A stretch of DNA of 64,000 bases from Bradymonadia bacterium. GTDB lineage: Bacteria > Myxococcota_A > Bradymonadia > UBA7976 > UBA1532. The first letter of the stretch is position 1. Every line of letters begins with the position of its first letter. The stretch lies in contig JBKAGE010000040.1 of NCBI GenBank assembly GCA_046290225.1, forward strand, positions 54,272 through 118,271, given 5' to 3'. A program made the position numbers and the translations under genes. The notes below the pieces were generated by a model. It saw only the letters and a list, made by a program, of their open reading frames with translations. It did no database searches and was not told the DNA's origin. Positions 41,001 to 50,320 of the stretch are shown here, in pieces.

Positions 41001-41226
41001 GAAGATCTCCATCCTCAAGGAGATCAGATCGCTCACCGGTGACAGCATCAAGCGGACCAAGCTCCTCCTGGACAGTCTCCCCGCATCGTTCTCGGTCCGG
41101 GTGAGTCGCCCTGAGGCGATGTCCATCGTGAAGCGTTTCGAAGGTCTCGGCGCCCGCATGAGCTTCAAGCGGCCCACCCGACCGCCAGAGCCGTCAAAGG
41201 TGAGCGATGACGACATCCCCTTCTGA
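38062..41226 (+). CDS. MoxR/midasin-like AAA+ ATPase with N-terminal repeats and an L7/L12-CTD-like domain
   Basis: LLEGETSTSKTS, RLNLNGQTD, VVLDELNLA, FATMNP; KISILKEIRSLTG; ends DDDIPF. Confidence 0.85.
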   Translation: MKRLRIVTDLEPLAGALLKTFEELDLDQVDHHRTAVDRLELRYREGEGEARLTQILDCIKPLQPSVLMDARLTEADLELYLGDQKGLSDWKVKIYSDSEGVAQSFRGFAREMGFADAGQEMGFQKQALLAYGGASPFARQVLRWFAASQGVHLTEEKRWGDDDHDIWLYIPDPVLADKRPRERFEVEVVCDEYERGRAVMGLLEKAGFERLTLRVMDVEDARHSKFTIEPGAFRKGTGLEDFELMQRVVAEHLEDAGLDPARYPLEVEGDEDNLKARVILPLGIYARGELPPYVGDIPERFSVTLRTDDLNGVRTLQSQLQGMGFHRVAVEMAGSRLLGFQIQWGSARDAYDVRGQVKELIERQMEELSVPTDMELFTTFASSGGQSASEIVIDFPTTGLDDGRLKRRLEMACNEWEFTFKAPDPDQYRPVTDAMRTLQWKSFETEHESISEPRIKYGGAPPALVAWIREQVHRLSGTRAELDKAWDNDDDDIWVCLPAPGEETVDTPGPIDLSSWFEDREDAPVPFLEIGAQAIRVGEVTLRRRPQGGTDSGLVPEAEQFLHYCLDQRTAETISHVALSVSLSEPCLLEGETSTSKTSSVLYLASLLNQPVVRLNLNGQTDTGELIGRFLPESLTRLPVEPEELLAHRDDLKASTVQLLERALGEGRDLTEVEVQQIIRDEDLPTRPWRWQDGLVVGAMKRGWWVVLDELNLAEPQILERLNSVLERTPSLVLTEHDNSVLGPGGAPVHPNFRIFATMNPAEYAGRTALSPAYRDRWTGYRYVSSPGEAEYLAMLRFLVYGAQPEVGLYGAAFTGPAIEGPAPMANLADLPYIDAFLEALARFHAALESAVGRSEDRAPLLGARRKERYVFTRRGLLSVMDYLSRITASHGTDANGATRAMRMSLARYYLGRISSPEDQQTVARLLDAAGIGPNTWSPGEAEEDEEQPQTESRRATVEIHDPSDAPELTEFVLRELGPRKISILKEIRSLTGDSIKRTKLLLDSLPASFSVRVSRPEAMSIVKRFEGLGARMSFKRPTRPPEPSKVSDDDIPF

Positions 41227-43183
41227 TCCCACGGTGGATCCCAAGACGGGCTCTGAGGCACCCGATGCCAAGGCTCGCGCGGCATCTTCCTCTGTTACGC
41301 ATCGCCCCATCACCCACAGCCAGCGTCTCGCGGCCAATCAGCTCGCCGCCATCGCCGCAGGGCTCTGCCAGGATGCAGGCATCGGCCTCGAGGTGCATCA
41401 GGGGGGCTGGGCCTTCGACACTGTACGTCGGGTGATTCTGGTGTCAGCGAAGGCCCTCGCCGAGGACGGCCCCGAGGTCTGCGCCGGTATCCTGGCCCAT
41501 GAGGTGGGCCACTACTTCATCAGCCGCTACACGTGGTTCGCCCTCGAGCATCTCGCGCTGCCCTCGATCCACCTGCTGCTCAACGGCATCGAAGATCCAC
41601 GGGTGAACCGTTGGATGCCCACCCGCTACCCGGGCTCGGGGCCGTGGCTGCAGGCGGTCTATGCCCATGAGTCCCGTACCCGCGACAAGGCAGTCACGGC
41701 GCCGGACTTCATCTTGTTCTGCCTCGAATGCGCCATGGAGGAGTCCCGCGACTGGCAGCCCGCGCCGGAGTCCACGGCGCTGAGCGCACGCCTCGTCGCC
41801 GCTCTCGACGAGACCCGGGCTGCCCGGCGGTCATATGCCGAGGATTACTTCCCCGAGCCCGATCTCGATCCATCCGTCTTCGAGCCCGGGTTGATGGAGA
41901 CATGGCTCGAGCAAGTGGAGCCTGCCCTGCGGACCACCACCCGTGGGTTCCTGCCCACAGCCGAAGAGCAGGGCATCCAGCTGCTCTCCCTCGCAGCGCT
42001 CGAGCTCGCCATCGAAGAGATCATCCCCGTAGCGCATCGGCTCTACGCCGCCGACATCGATCGCATCCAGCGCCACCTTGAGCAGAACAGCGCTGCCGAG
42101 CGCCGAGCCCGGCAAGCGATCTCCGACAAAGATCTCGCCGCCGCCCGGGGCGTCATCAGTGAAGCGATGCGGGGCGAGCCCAACCCGGGTGAGAAGCCCT
42201 CGGAGAGCGCCTCCCGGCGCCGTGAAGCCGAGGCGCTCTTGGAGATCTACGCCCAGGGCATCGTGCGGCCGCCCTTGATCAAGGGGCGCCCGAGGCGAGG
42301 CCGCCCCGATGGCCGCTCGGATCTCCCAGTGCATCCCAACAGCCCTCTGCGCTGGCCCGAGCGCGCAGAAGACGCCTACGAGCGCGCCCGCAAGAAGGTG
42401 GCTGATCAGGTCGAGCGCCTGGTGGGCGCCCTGGAGCGGGCGTTGCGCCCCCGCAAACGCCTGGGGTTGCAGTCGGGCTACCCCTCGGGCTTCCGCATGG
42501 ACATGCGCCAGCTCATGGCCTTCGAAGCCGATCCCCGTCGCTACAACGAGCTGTGGGTGCGCAAGTCGATCCCTGATCGCCGGGACGCCGCCATCAGCCT
42601 GCTCGTGGATCTCTCGGGCTCGATGCGAGGCGAAAAGTCAGAGGCTGCGCTTTTGGGCACGGTGCTGCTCGCCGAGACGTTGTCTCGCGTGGGCGTGCCC
42701 TTCGCGATACACGGCTTCCAAGATGTGCTCGTGTCGATGGCGAGCTTCGGTGAAGGGTTGAGCCGCAAAGCCCAGCGGGCCATCGGTGAGATCCCACAAG
42801 AGATCAACGGCACCCGCGAGGGCGGCAACAACCAGCCGGGCTACAACGACGACGGTCCCTGCCTCGAAGCCGCCGCAGAAGACTTGCTGCGGGCGCCGGC
42901 CATCGACCGTCTGCTCATCGTGGTGAGCGACGGTCTGCCCGAAGGCCGCCACTCCGATCGCGACGATCTGAACCGGGCGATCCAGCGCCTGGTCGACCCA
43001 CGGGTGCCTCTGTCGCTCATCGGCGTAGGCCTGGGCCCCGACACCGGCCACGTGGTGGACTTCTACCCCCGCTCTCGTGCCGACGTGCCGCTGGTAAAGT
43101 TCGCCGAGGTCATCGGTGGCCTGATCCGCGAAGCCCTGCTGGGCCCAGATGAAGAAGGCGGGCGCAGCGCCCGCCGTTCGTGA
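41207..43183 (+). CDS. vWA-domain protein with an N-terminal HExxH metallopeptidase-like domain (CobT-like)
   Basis: LAHEVGH, NGIEDPRVN; MIDAS DLSGS and VVSDGLP. Confidence 0.85.
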   Translation: MTTSPSDPTVDPKTGSEAPDAKARAASSSVTHRPITHSQRLAANQLAAIAAGLCQDAGIGLEVHQGGWAFDTVRRVILVSAKALAEDGPEVCAGILAHEVGHYFISRYTWFALEHLALPSIHLLLNGIEDPRVNRWMPTRYPGSGPWLQAVYAHESRTRDKAVTAPDFILFCLECAMEESRDWQPAPESTALSARLVAALDETRAARRSYAEDYFPEPDLDPSVFEPGLMETWLEQVEPALRTTTRGFLPTAEEQGIQLLSLAALELAIEEIIPVAHRLYAADIDRIQRHLEQNSAAERRARQAISDKDLAAARGVISEAMRGEPNPGEKPSESASRRREAEALLEIYAQGIVRPPLIKGRPRRGRPDGRSDLPVHPNSPLRWPERAEDAYERARKKVADQVERLVGALERALRPRKRLGLQSGYPSGFRMDMRQLMAFEADPRRYNELWVRKSIPDRRDAAISLLVDLSGSMRGEKSEAALLGTVLLAETLSRVGVPFAIHGFQDVLVSMASFGEGLSRKAQRAIGEIPQEINGTREGGNNQPGYNDDGPCLEAAAEDLLRAPAIDRLLIVVSDGLPEGRHSDRDDLNRAIQRLVDPRVPLSLIGVGLGPDTGHVVDFYPRSRADVPLVKFAEVIGGLIREALLGPDEEGGRSARRS

Positions 43184-43193
43184 AAGTCGAAGC

Positions 43194-43634
43194 ATGAAAG
43201 AAGACGCATTTCGCATCGAGTGGCTCGACGAGCTGCTGCAAAAGTCCGACTGGGCGGCGGAGCTCTACACACAGGGCAACCAGGAGTGGGTGCCCCTGGC
43301 GCTCTATGCCTCAGCGGCGACGCTGGTACTCGCCCTGCTCGCTGCGGCTCTGCGCTCTCGCGTGCTCGGCGCGTTGACCCTGGCAGCGGCCATCACCACG
43401 GGGGTGATCGGCTACAAAGGGCAAGCGGCCGACATGGTGGCGGTGGAAGAGATGAAAGAGGGCATGGCCCCGGTGATGGATCAAGAGTGGGCCCAAAAAC
43501 GGGTCGCCTTGATGGAAGACATGGCCAGCCACCCTGTCAAAGGCGCCCGGCCGGGCATGATCGGTGGCGGGGTGCTGGGCCTTCTCGCGGTGGGGCTCGG
43601 GGTGCTGAAAGCGAAAAAGAAAAAACAGAGCTGA
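43194..43634 (+). CDS. Membrane protein (3 TM helices)
   Basis: ATG 10 nt after the vWA stop; hydrophobic helices; basic C-terminal tail. Confidence 0.7.
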   Translation: MKEDAFRIEWLDELLQKSDWAAELYTQGNQEWVPLALYASAATLVLALLAAALRSRVLGALTLAAAITTGVIGYKGQAADMVAVEEMKEGMAPVMDQEWAQKRVALMEDMASHPVKGARPGMIGGGVLGLLAVGLGVLKAKKKKQS

Positions 43635-43643
43635 CCGTGCCGC

Positions 43644-44915
43644 TCAGTGCATGGGCACCACCAACCGTATCCCCACCCTCGGGTTCCGCTCTTTGGACGC
43701 CATCCACGCACGAGACGTGGTGCGCAGATCGTCGGCCCTGGCGCTCCACCCGCCCCCACGCACCACGCGGCGGGTGCCTTTGCCTTCTCGGGCGCTGCCG
43801 TCCATAGGTGCTTCTGCGTAGGCACCGTACGCGTCGAGCAGCCACTCCGCGACGTTGCCGCCCATGTCACACAGACCATGCTCGCTGTTGCCTTCAGGCC
43901 GGCTGCACGTATTCGACGTGTACGAATGGCACCAACGATCCAACCAGCTGTCTGTGCTCACGTGGGCGCAGGTGGGCGGCGCCTCACCCCAAGGGAACGT
44001 GACGGCCTTACCAGCGCCCCGCGCCGCATACTCCCACTCAGCCTCGGTGGGCAACCGGCCGCCGGCCCACCGGGCGAAGGCCCGGGCCTGGCGCCAGTCG
44101 ATGCAGTTGATGGGGTGACTCCCCATGCCCCGCTCTTTCCAGGTGCAGCCGTTGAAGGCCTCGAGGCCTTTGGTGTCGCACGCCTTCGCGTCGACGCATG
44201 CCTTGTACTGGTTGACGGTGATCTCACCCTTCGAGATCGCGAACCTCTTCACGGCCACCGTCCTCACCGGCGCCTCGTGGGCGAACCCGTCTTCAGAGCC
44301 CATCAAAAAACGACCCCCAGGGATCTGGACCAGCTCAATGCCCGCTTTGATCGGGGGCATCGGCAGCGGCTCTGCACGCTCGACCTTGGGGAACTCGGGC
44401 GCAACCTCGGGCTCGGACACCACCTGGGCAGCGTCACCGCTCAGCGGCTTGACGAGCAGCCCGGCGATACGCCGAGTGGTGCGCTGAAGATCGTCGAGGT
44501 TCTCTGCGGTGCCGGTCTCAGATGCGACGAGGGCGCCGGAGTCCATGTCGTGCAGCTTCATCGTCACCGTGAGCTTGTCACCGAATCGGGAGAGGATCCC
44601 GTTCACGAGGTAGTCAGCGCCGATGTTCCGACCCGTTTCGACCTCACAGGCCCCCTCGCAGCTGGCGAGATCGACTCCAGGGGGCAACATCTCCAGGATG
44701 TTCTCCCGGCTCAGGATCAGACAGCGCCCTTGCAAGCGCTTCAGCGACTCGCTGCGGACCAGATCGGTGAGGAACTCGACCTCGGTCCTCTTCAACTCGG
44801 CGACGTTCGTGAACTCGAGTACCGCCAGCTTCTTCAGGACTGGCCTGGTGTCGGCTTGAGCGTTTACGGCACCGAGCAGGCTGATCGCAGCCACCATCCA
44901 CATCAACTTGCTCAT
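43644..44915 (-). CDS. FGE-sulfatase (SUMF1-like) domain protein with a CsgG/DUF2380-like N-terminal domain
   Basis: FLMGS, RLPTEAEWEYAARG, GLCDMGGNVAEW and RGGGW motifs; signal peptide. Confidence 0.9.
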   Translation of the reverse strand: MSKLMWMVAAISLLGAVNAQADTRPVLKKLAVLEFTNVAELKRTEVEFLTDLVRSESLKRLQGRCLILSRENILEMLPPGVDLASCEGACEVETGRNIGADYLVNGILSRFGDKLTVTMKLHDMDSGALVASETGTAENLDDLQRTTRRIAGLLVKPLSGDAAQVVSEPEVAPEFPKVERAEPLPMPPIKAGIELVQIPGGRFLMGSEDGFAHEAPVRTVAVKRFAISKGEITVNQYKACVDAKACDTKGLEAFNGCTWKERGMGSHPINCIDWRQARAFARWAGGRLPTEAEWEYAARGAGKAVTFPWGEAPPTCAHVSTDSWLDRWCHSYTSNTCSRPEGNSEHGLCDMGGNVAEWLLDAYGAYAEAPMDGSAREGKGTRRVVRGGGWSARADDLRTTSRAWMASKERNPRVGIRLVVPMH

Positions 44916-45103
44916 GTCCCGTACCCCAGAAAGCATTGATCCTCCTATGTGATGCGCATCGTGAATTCACGTCATCATCGAACGTCGACGCCCAGATATT
45001 CAGCGAACATCTGATTGCGCACGACATGGGCAATCAGGCGCCCAAAAATGGAGCGAGATAAGGAGAAAGCCGCTGTCATGATGGTCGCAGAGATGATGGA
45101 AAG

Positions 45104-48100
45104 TCAGTGCGCCTCTACCGCGAGGTCCGGCAAATGCCGACGCCACCACAGCTCGGCACGATCGTGATCCCAGGGGCGGCTCACGTCTACCTGCAGCAAC
45201 GCCCGCTCCACCTCTCGGGCGCTCTGGAAGCGATCTTCGGGTGACTTCGCCAGAAGCTGCATGATCACCTGCTCCAGGCCCTCGGGCACGTCGAGCTCCA
45301 CCTGTGTCGAGGGCCGTGGTGGGGGCGTCTGGATGTGCTTCATCAGCAGCTTCATCACGTTGGGCGCCTCGAAGGGCAGCATGCCCGTGAGCAGCCAGTA
45401 GCCCAGGCAACCCAGTGCGTAGAGATCCACCCGGTGATCTGCCTCGCTGTCACCAAGGGCGAGCTCTGGTGCCATATAGGCCGGCGTGCCCTGGATCACC
45501 CCCTCCATCGTGAGGCCGGTCTCCAGCTCTGCCACGGGGCCCACGTGCTTCACGAGACCGAAATCGAGGACCTTCACGAAGTCGGTCTCGACACCCACGC
45601 GACAGGCGTACACGTTTGCCGCCTTGATGTCGCGGTGCACCAGACCCGCCGCATGGGCCTCGGCAAGGGATCGACAGATCTGCACCATCAGGCTCACCAC
45701 CCGCTCTGCTGGCAACGGACCGAAGCGCTCCACCATCTGCTGCAGATCGATGCCTTCGAGCAGCTCCATCACATAGAAGAACGCCCCGTCGTCGCCGATG
45801 CCGTAGTCGTACAGCTCTACGCTGTGGGGTGAGCGCAATGCCGCTGTGGCCTGAGCTTCTCGTTCGAATCGGCGTACCAGGCGCTGACGGCCCTCAGTGT
45901 CGCCAGCGGACTGACTCAAGCTGGAGTTGCTGATGAGCTTGATGGCCGCCGGGCGCCGCAGATATTGGTGCTGTGCCTTCCACACCTCGCCCATGCCGCC
46001 ACGCCCCAACTCCGAGATCAGTCGATAGCTGCCGAGGCTCTGGCCCGAGGTGGCGTCGTCGGGCAGCAGATGATCGGGGATCGGCAGCGGGCCCTCTTCG
46101 TCGTGCACCATGGCGGCGCGGTTGAGCACGTTCTCCAGCTCCGCGAGGTTGCCGGGCCAGCGGTGACGACGCAGGCGGACCATCCCCTCGTCGGTCACCC
46201 CGGTGAAGGCTCGCTGCATGCGACCGTTGATCACCTCGAGGATGTGTTGCACTGCCATGGGCAGATCTTCGAGACGCCGCCTCAAAGGCGGCAGAACGAG
46301 GGGGAACACGCTGATGCGGTAGAAGAGATCTTCTCGAAACTTCCCCGTGGGGATGAGGGCCTCAAGATCGTGACGGGTGCCCACCACGAGGCGCACCGAG
46401 GTGTCGGGATCGTCGATGCGACCCAGCAAATCGCCCTGGGCTGCGCCATCGAGGGCGGAAAGCTCTTGGATGAAGAGGGTGCCCCCCTCGGCCATCTCGT
46501 AGTGTGCCTCCACCTCTGCAGGGCTCAGGCGGCCACCGCTCAGTTGGATGAAGGGCCCGCTCTGTCGAGCGCTCAGCTGGTGGATGGCCCGGGCCATGTA
46601 GCCCTTGCCGGTCCCCGGCTCGCCCTTGAGAAGCACCGGCGTCTCTGATCGCGCCACCTGCCGGGCCCTGTCGGCCACCTCCTGGAACGCCGGGCTCTTG
46701 GAGATCAGCGTAATGCTGCGGCTGCTGCCCTCGCCCTTCATCCGCTGCTCAAGACGGCTGATGCGGCTCTGCGCCTCTTCGAGGGCGTGCTGGGTTTTCT
46801 CCAGCGCGGCCTTGTGACTCAAAGCCTCCAGCGGCCCCGCCAGCAAGCCCGGCAACTGATCCATCACCGCATGATCAGCCTCGGTGGGCAGGCAGCCCCC
46901 GCCCTCGGGCCGATTGCCTTCGATGGCCAGCACCCCCACCGCCTGTTTCGCCACGCGAATCGGCATGGCAGTGACCCACCCCGCACATTGACAGCCGTTG
47001 AGCAGATCGCCGCCGGCAGTGCTGGTCCGGGCCTCGCCACTCTGAAGCACCTGATCGAAGAGGGCCTCGGGCATTTTGGTCCGGGCACGGGATCCTTCGC
47101 CGATGTTCTTCTCACGGCCGAAGCCCTCGATGCGCCACTCGCTCCCCTGAGGTCGGGCGATGAAGACACGCATGGCCTGCAGCCGCGCTCTGATCTTCTC
47201 GGCGGCGGCGTCGAGGGGGCCCTCCATGGAAGGGCAGCGCCAGCCAAGGGACTCGATGATGTCGGCCACCCCCTGCTCGGGCAGCCGCACCGCCTGTAGA
47301 TCGTGATGGCTGATGAGGCTGTCGATCTGCGCCACACGGTTCACGGCCCCCCAGGCCTGCGCCGAAGCCCGGCATGACTCGAGACAGCGGCGATACTCCG
47401 GCTGCATGCCAAGACGCTGGGCGAACTGTGCCCCTCGGCCACAGCTGAGCACCTGATCGCCGAGGTGCGCCATGGCCTGGGCGCCCTCCATGGCCTGCTG
47501 CATCAACGACCAGGCGGTGCCCAGATCACCGTCGAGTGCGGCGAGCTCGGCTCGGAGCATGGCCACGCCATGATCGTAGGTCGGGGGTGCCTCGACACCG
47601 TTGTCGTCCACGATGGTGCCAAAATCGGTGTACGGGATCAGGCTCTCCAGAGCCACCTGCACTGACTGGCGCCAGGGCTGAGCGGCGGCGAGGCCCTCAC
47701 GGCTCGCCACCCGCTCGGCCATCTGCCCTGCAGCGAGACCGGTGAGCAATGCCATCTCCGGCAAGCACAGCCCCTCTTCCCACATGCTCACCGTGGGCTC
47801 GGCTTTCTCGAGCACGCGCCAGGCCTCTTCGGGGCGGCCTTCGGTGAGATGACGACGGACCTCGGTCATCCAGAGCACCGCAGCGGCAGCGGCCATGCCC
47901 GGCTGATCGATGACCTGCTCGATGATGTCGTCTTCGCTGTAGATGCGCCCACGATACAAGTGCTCGCGAGGACCCTCACCGAGCAGGCGCCGGGCGGCGA
48001 TTTGCGGCACGATGTGCTCCATCAACGCCTGCTCGAACCCCACCTGCCGTACATAATCGGCCCGCGCTGCGGCGTCTGCCGCGAGACGCGCCATGGGACC

Positions 48101-50320
48101 ACTCCCGATCAGCTCCACCACGCTGAGCGTGGCCAGCGCGTAGCAGGCATAGATGGGCTCGTTCAGGGCATCGCAGACCCTGAAGGCCTCTCGGGCGAGG
48201 GCAATGCACTGGGGCCGACCCCAGCCGAGAAACCCACCGTTGATGATGGAGAGCGACGCGGTGATGCCGAACGATCTCTGGTCTTCGAGCTTGCGCGCCA
48301 GGGCGATGCCCAGACGCCGGGCTTCGAACTGCGTGGGCTTGTCCCCTCGGGGCCGGGTAGGCCAGCACACCAGACCAAAAGGCGTGGCCTCGCTCACCCC
48401 GTGGGTGAGGGCGTGATCCACAAGGAACGCACCCACCCAGAGCCCCCATTGGGGGTTCAAGACCCACCGGGCCGAGGTGCTCAACACGATCAGCTCGGCG
48501 ATCATCCGTTGAGCAGGATCAGCGAGCATGGGGGCGTCGAGCAGGCTGCCCAGCGGCCTCTCCCTGAGCGTCTGATGGATGCGACGACCCAGGCGCTCTA
48601 CGTCTTCCATACTGGCGTCGTCGTCGGGCAGCTTCACCCCGAAGGCAGCCATGGCGTCGTACACCGCTGCGCTGGCGCCCTCGTTGTCGCCGCTCCGGGT
48701 GCGAGCGGCGATGAGCGTGCGATAGAGACCGCCCTTCTGCAGCGCGGTCCGGGCATAGGGCAGCGCCGCTTCGAAGCCCCACTCCACGGCGTCGGTGCGA
48801 TCAGCGAGCCACGCGATGGTCATCAGCTCGCTGTGCAGTTCGAACGTGAGGGCATAGCGCCGGGCCCAGGTGTCCTCCGGCAGGGCCTTTACCGCAGCCT
48901 GCAGATGAGAGAGGGCAGCCTTGAAGGCCGCATCCCGGCGGGCGATCCGAGCTGCCTGACGGTTCACTCGGGCCACGGCGTAGCGGCTGTCGGCGTCGAA
49001 GGTCTCTGGCGCCGTGCTCAGGGCCCGGGTCAGGTGAAAGGCCACCTGGAAGATTCGGGTGTCCTGACGGGTCGAGGTGGTCCGCGCCAGAAGTCGCAGC
49101 CCCGCGAGGCGATGGATCCGCGCCCGCTCACCAAGGCTGAGGCCGCCATACGCCACTTGCTGCACAGCGTCGTGGGCAAAGCGATACCAGCAACGGCCGT
49201 GGGCATGCTCCACCTCGACGAGCTCCAGCTCCACCGCCTCTTGCAGCAACTGCTGCAGCTCAGTGATCGATCGCTCTTCGATCTCGGCGAGATCAGAGAC
49301 GTCGAAGAGCCCACCGAGGGCCGAGGCCACCTGCAGCGCCGCCCGGGTCTCCGTCGACAAAGGATCGAGACACCCCGCCACCAATGTGTCGGGATCCACC
49401 GTCTCGAGTGTCTCGAAGATCTCGCTCAACACTCCGAGGGGGCCGTCGAAGGGCCCGAAGCGGCCGGTGTTGAGCATGCCTTCGTGCTTCAAACGCCGAA
49501 ACAGCGCCTTGAGGTAGAGGGGCAGCCCACCGGTGCGCGCGATCAGCCGCTGTACGAGCACCGTGTCACCTGCGGCCTCTTCACCGATGCTCTCGCGGAT
49601 CCAGGTGGTCACCGCGGGTACGTCGAGGGGCCCGAGGGTCAATCGGGCGAAAGAGGTCTCCCCCGCCTCGAGCGTCTCCACCATGGCCCTGAGCGCCCCG
49701 GCTTCGTCACCATCGAGCCGACACGTGGCCACCAGCATGAGATGCCGAATACGCTGATCGCTCACCCGAGCGCTGATGGCGGAGAGTGAGGCCTCGTCAG
49801 CCCACTGCAAGTCGTCGAAACACACCACCAAGGGAGCGCCCTCGGCAGCCAGGGTGCTCACAAAGCCTCGAAACAGCCGATTGAAGCGCGTTCGGGCCTC
49901 GTTGCCGGGCAGCCGACGCACTGAAGGGGCATCGGGGAACAGCTCGCCAAGCTCAGGCAATACATCGACGAGCACCCGCACCTCGTCTTCGAGCACGCCT
50001 TCGAGGCGCCTCTTCCATTGCGCCAACTGATCGCCATCTGCCTTGAGGCGACGCCGAATCAACCCCCGGAACGCCTCGGCGAGGCCGGTATAGGGACGAT
50101 CGCGCTGCTGCCGCTCGAAGCGCCCATAAATGAATGCGCCCCCCTGCACCTCGACGGCGTCTCGGAGCGTACGGGCCAGAGCCGACTTGCCGCCACCGAT
50201 CGGACCATCGATGAGCACCATCTCGCTGGGCCCGTGGGCCACTCGAGACAAGGTGGCTCGCAGCGCCTGCTGCTCAGTCTCCCTGCCATAGAGGGGGCTC
50301 TGAGGGCGTGGCTCGTTCAT
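45104..50320 (-). CDS. Fusion: P-loop ATPase/TPR + GAF-like + degenerate sigma54 AAA + C-terminal Ser/Thr kinase
   Basis: GPIGGGKS, DDLQWAD; GEPGTGK, FREDLFYRI, WPGNLAEL; GRGGMG, HRDIK, DFG, APE. Confidence 0.88.
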   Translation of the reverse strand: MNEPRPQSPLYGRETEQQALRATLSRVAHGPSEMVLIDGPIGGGKSALARTLRDAVEVQGGAFIYGRFERQQRDRPYTGLAEAFRGLIRRRLKADGDQLAQWKRRLEGVLEDEVRVLVDVLPELGELFPDAPSVRRLPGNEARTRFNRLFRGFVSTLAAEGAPLVVCFDDLQWADEASLSAISARVSDQRIRHLMLVATCRLDGDEAGALRAMVETLEAGETSFARLTLGPLDVPAVTTWIRESIGEEAAGDTVLVQRLIARTGGLPLYLKALFRRLKHEGMLNTGRFGPFDGPLGVLSEIFETLETVDPDTLVAGCLDPLSTETRAALQVASALGGLFDVSDLAEIEERSITELQQLLQEAVELELVEVEHAHGRCWYRFAHDAVQQVAYGGLSLGERARIHRLAGLRLLARTTSTRQDTRIFQVAFHLTRALSTAPETFDADSRYAVARVNRQAARIARRDAAFKAALSHLQAAVKALPEDTWARRYALTFELHSELMTIAWLADRTDAVEWGFEAALPYARTALQKGGLYRTLIAARTRSGDNEGASAAVYDAMAAFGVKLPDDDASMEDVERLGRRIHQTLRERPLGSLLDAPMLADPAQRMIAELIVLSTSARWVLNPQWGLWVGAFLVDHALTHGVSEATPFGLVCWPTRPRGDKPTQFEARRLGIALARKLEDQRSFGITASLSIINGGFLGWGRPQCIALAREAFRVCDALNEPIYACYALATLSVVELIGSGPMARLAADAAARADYVRQVGFEQALMEHIVPQIAARRLLGEGPREHLYRGRIYSEDDIIEQVIDQPGMAAAAAVLWMTEVRRHLTEGRPEEAWRVLEKAEPTVSMWEEGLCLPEMALLTGLAAGQMAERVASREGLAAAQPWRQSVQVALESLIPYTDFGTIVDDNGVEAPPTYDHGVAMLRAELAALDGDLGTAWSLMQQAMEGAQAMAHLGDQVLSCGRGAQFAQRLGMQPEYRRCLESCRASAQAWGAVNRVAQIDSLISHHDLQAVRLPEQGVADIIESLGWRCPSMEGPLDAAAEKIRARLQAMRVFIARPQGSEWRIEGFGREKNIGEGSRARTKMPEALFDQVLQSGEARTSTAGGDLLNGCQCAGWVTAMPIRVAKQAVGVLAIEGNRPEGGGCLPTEADHAVMDQLPGLLAGPLEALSHKAALEKTQHALEEAQSRISRLEQRMKGEGSSRSITLISKSPAFQEVADRARQVARSETPVLLKGEPGTGKGYMARAIHQLSARQSGPFIQLSGGRLSPAEVEAHYEMAEGGTLFIQELSALDGAAQGDLLGRIDDPDTSVRLVVGTRHDLEALIPTGKFREDLFYRISVFPLVLPPLRRRLEDLPMAVQHILEVINGRMQRAFTGVTDEGMVRLRRHRWPGNLAELENVLNRAAMVHDEEGPLPIPDHLLPDDATSGQSLGSYRLISELGRGGMGEVWKAQHQYLRRPAAIKLISNSSLSQSAGDTEGRQRLVRRFEREAQATAALRSPHSVELYDYGIGDDGAFFYVMELLEGIDLQQMVERFGPLPAERVVSLMVQICRSLAEAHAAGLVHRDIKAANVYACRVGVETDFVKVLDFGLVKHVGPVAELETGLTMEGVIQGTPAYMAPELALGDSEADHRVDLYALGCLGYWLLTGMLPFEAPNVMKLLMKHIQTPPPRPSTQVELDVPEGLEQVIMQLLAKSPEDRFQSAREVERALLQVDVSRPWDHDRAELWWRRHLPDLAVEAH

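Noticed and set aside
38062..43183. cobS/cobT cobaltochelatase assignment
   Set aside because: Only fold-level resemblance; the extra domains and the lack of cobalamin genes in the window argue against naming it.
44951..44972. Adjacent short palindromes GATGCGCATC and CGTGAATTCACG
   Set aside because: Short, with no second copy or linked regulator; could be chance.
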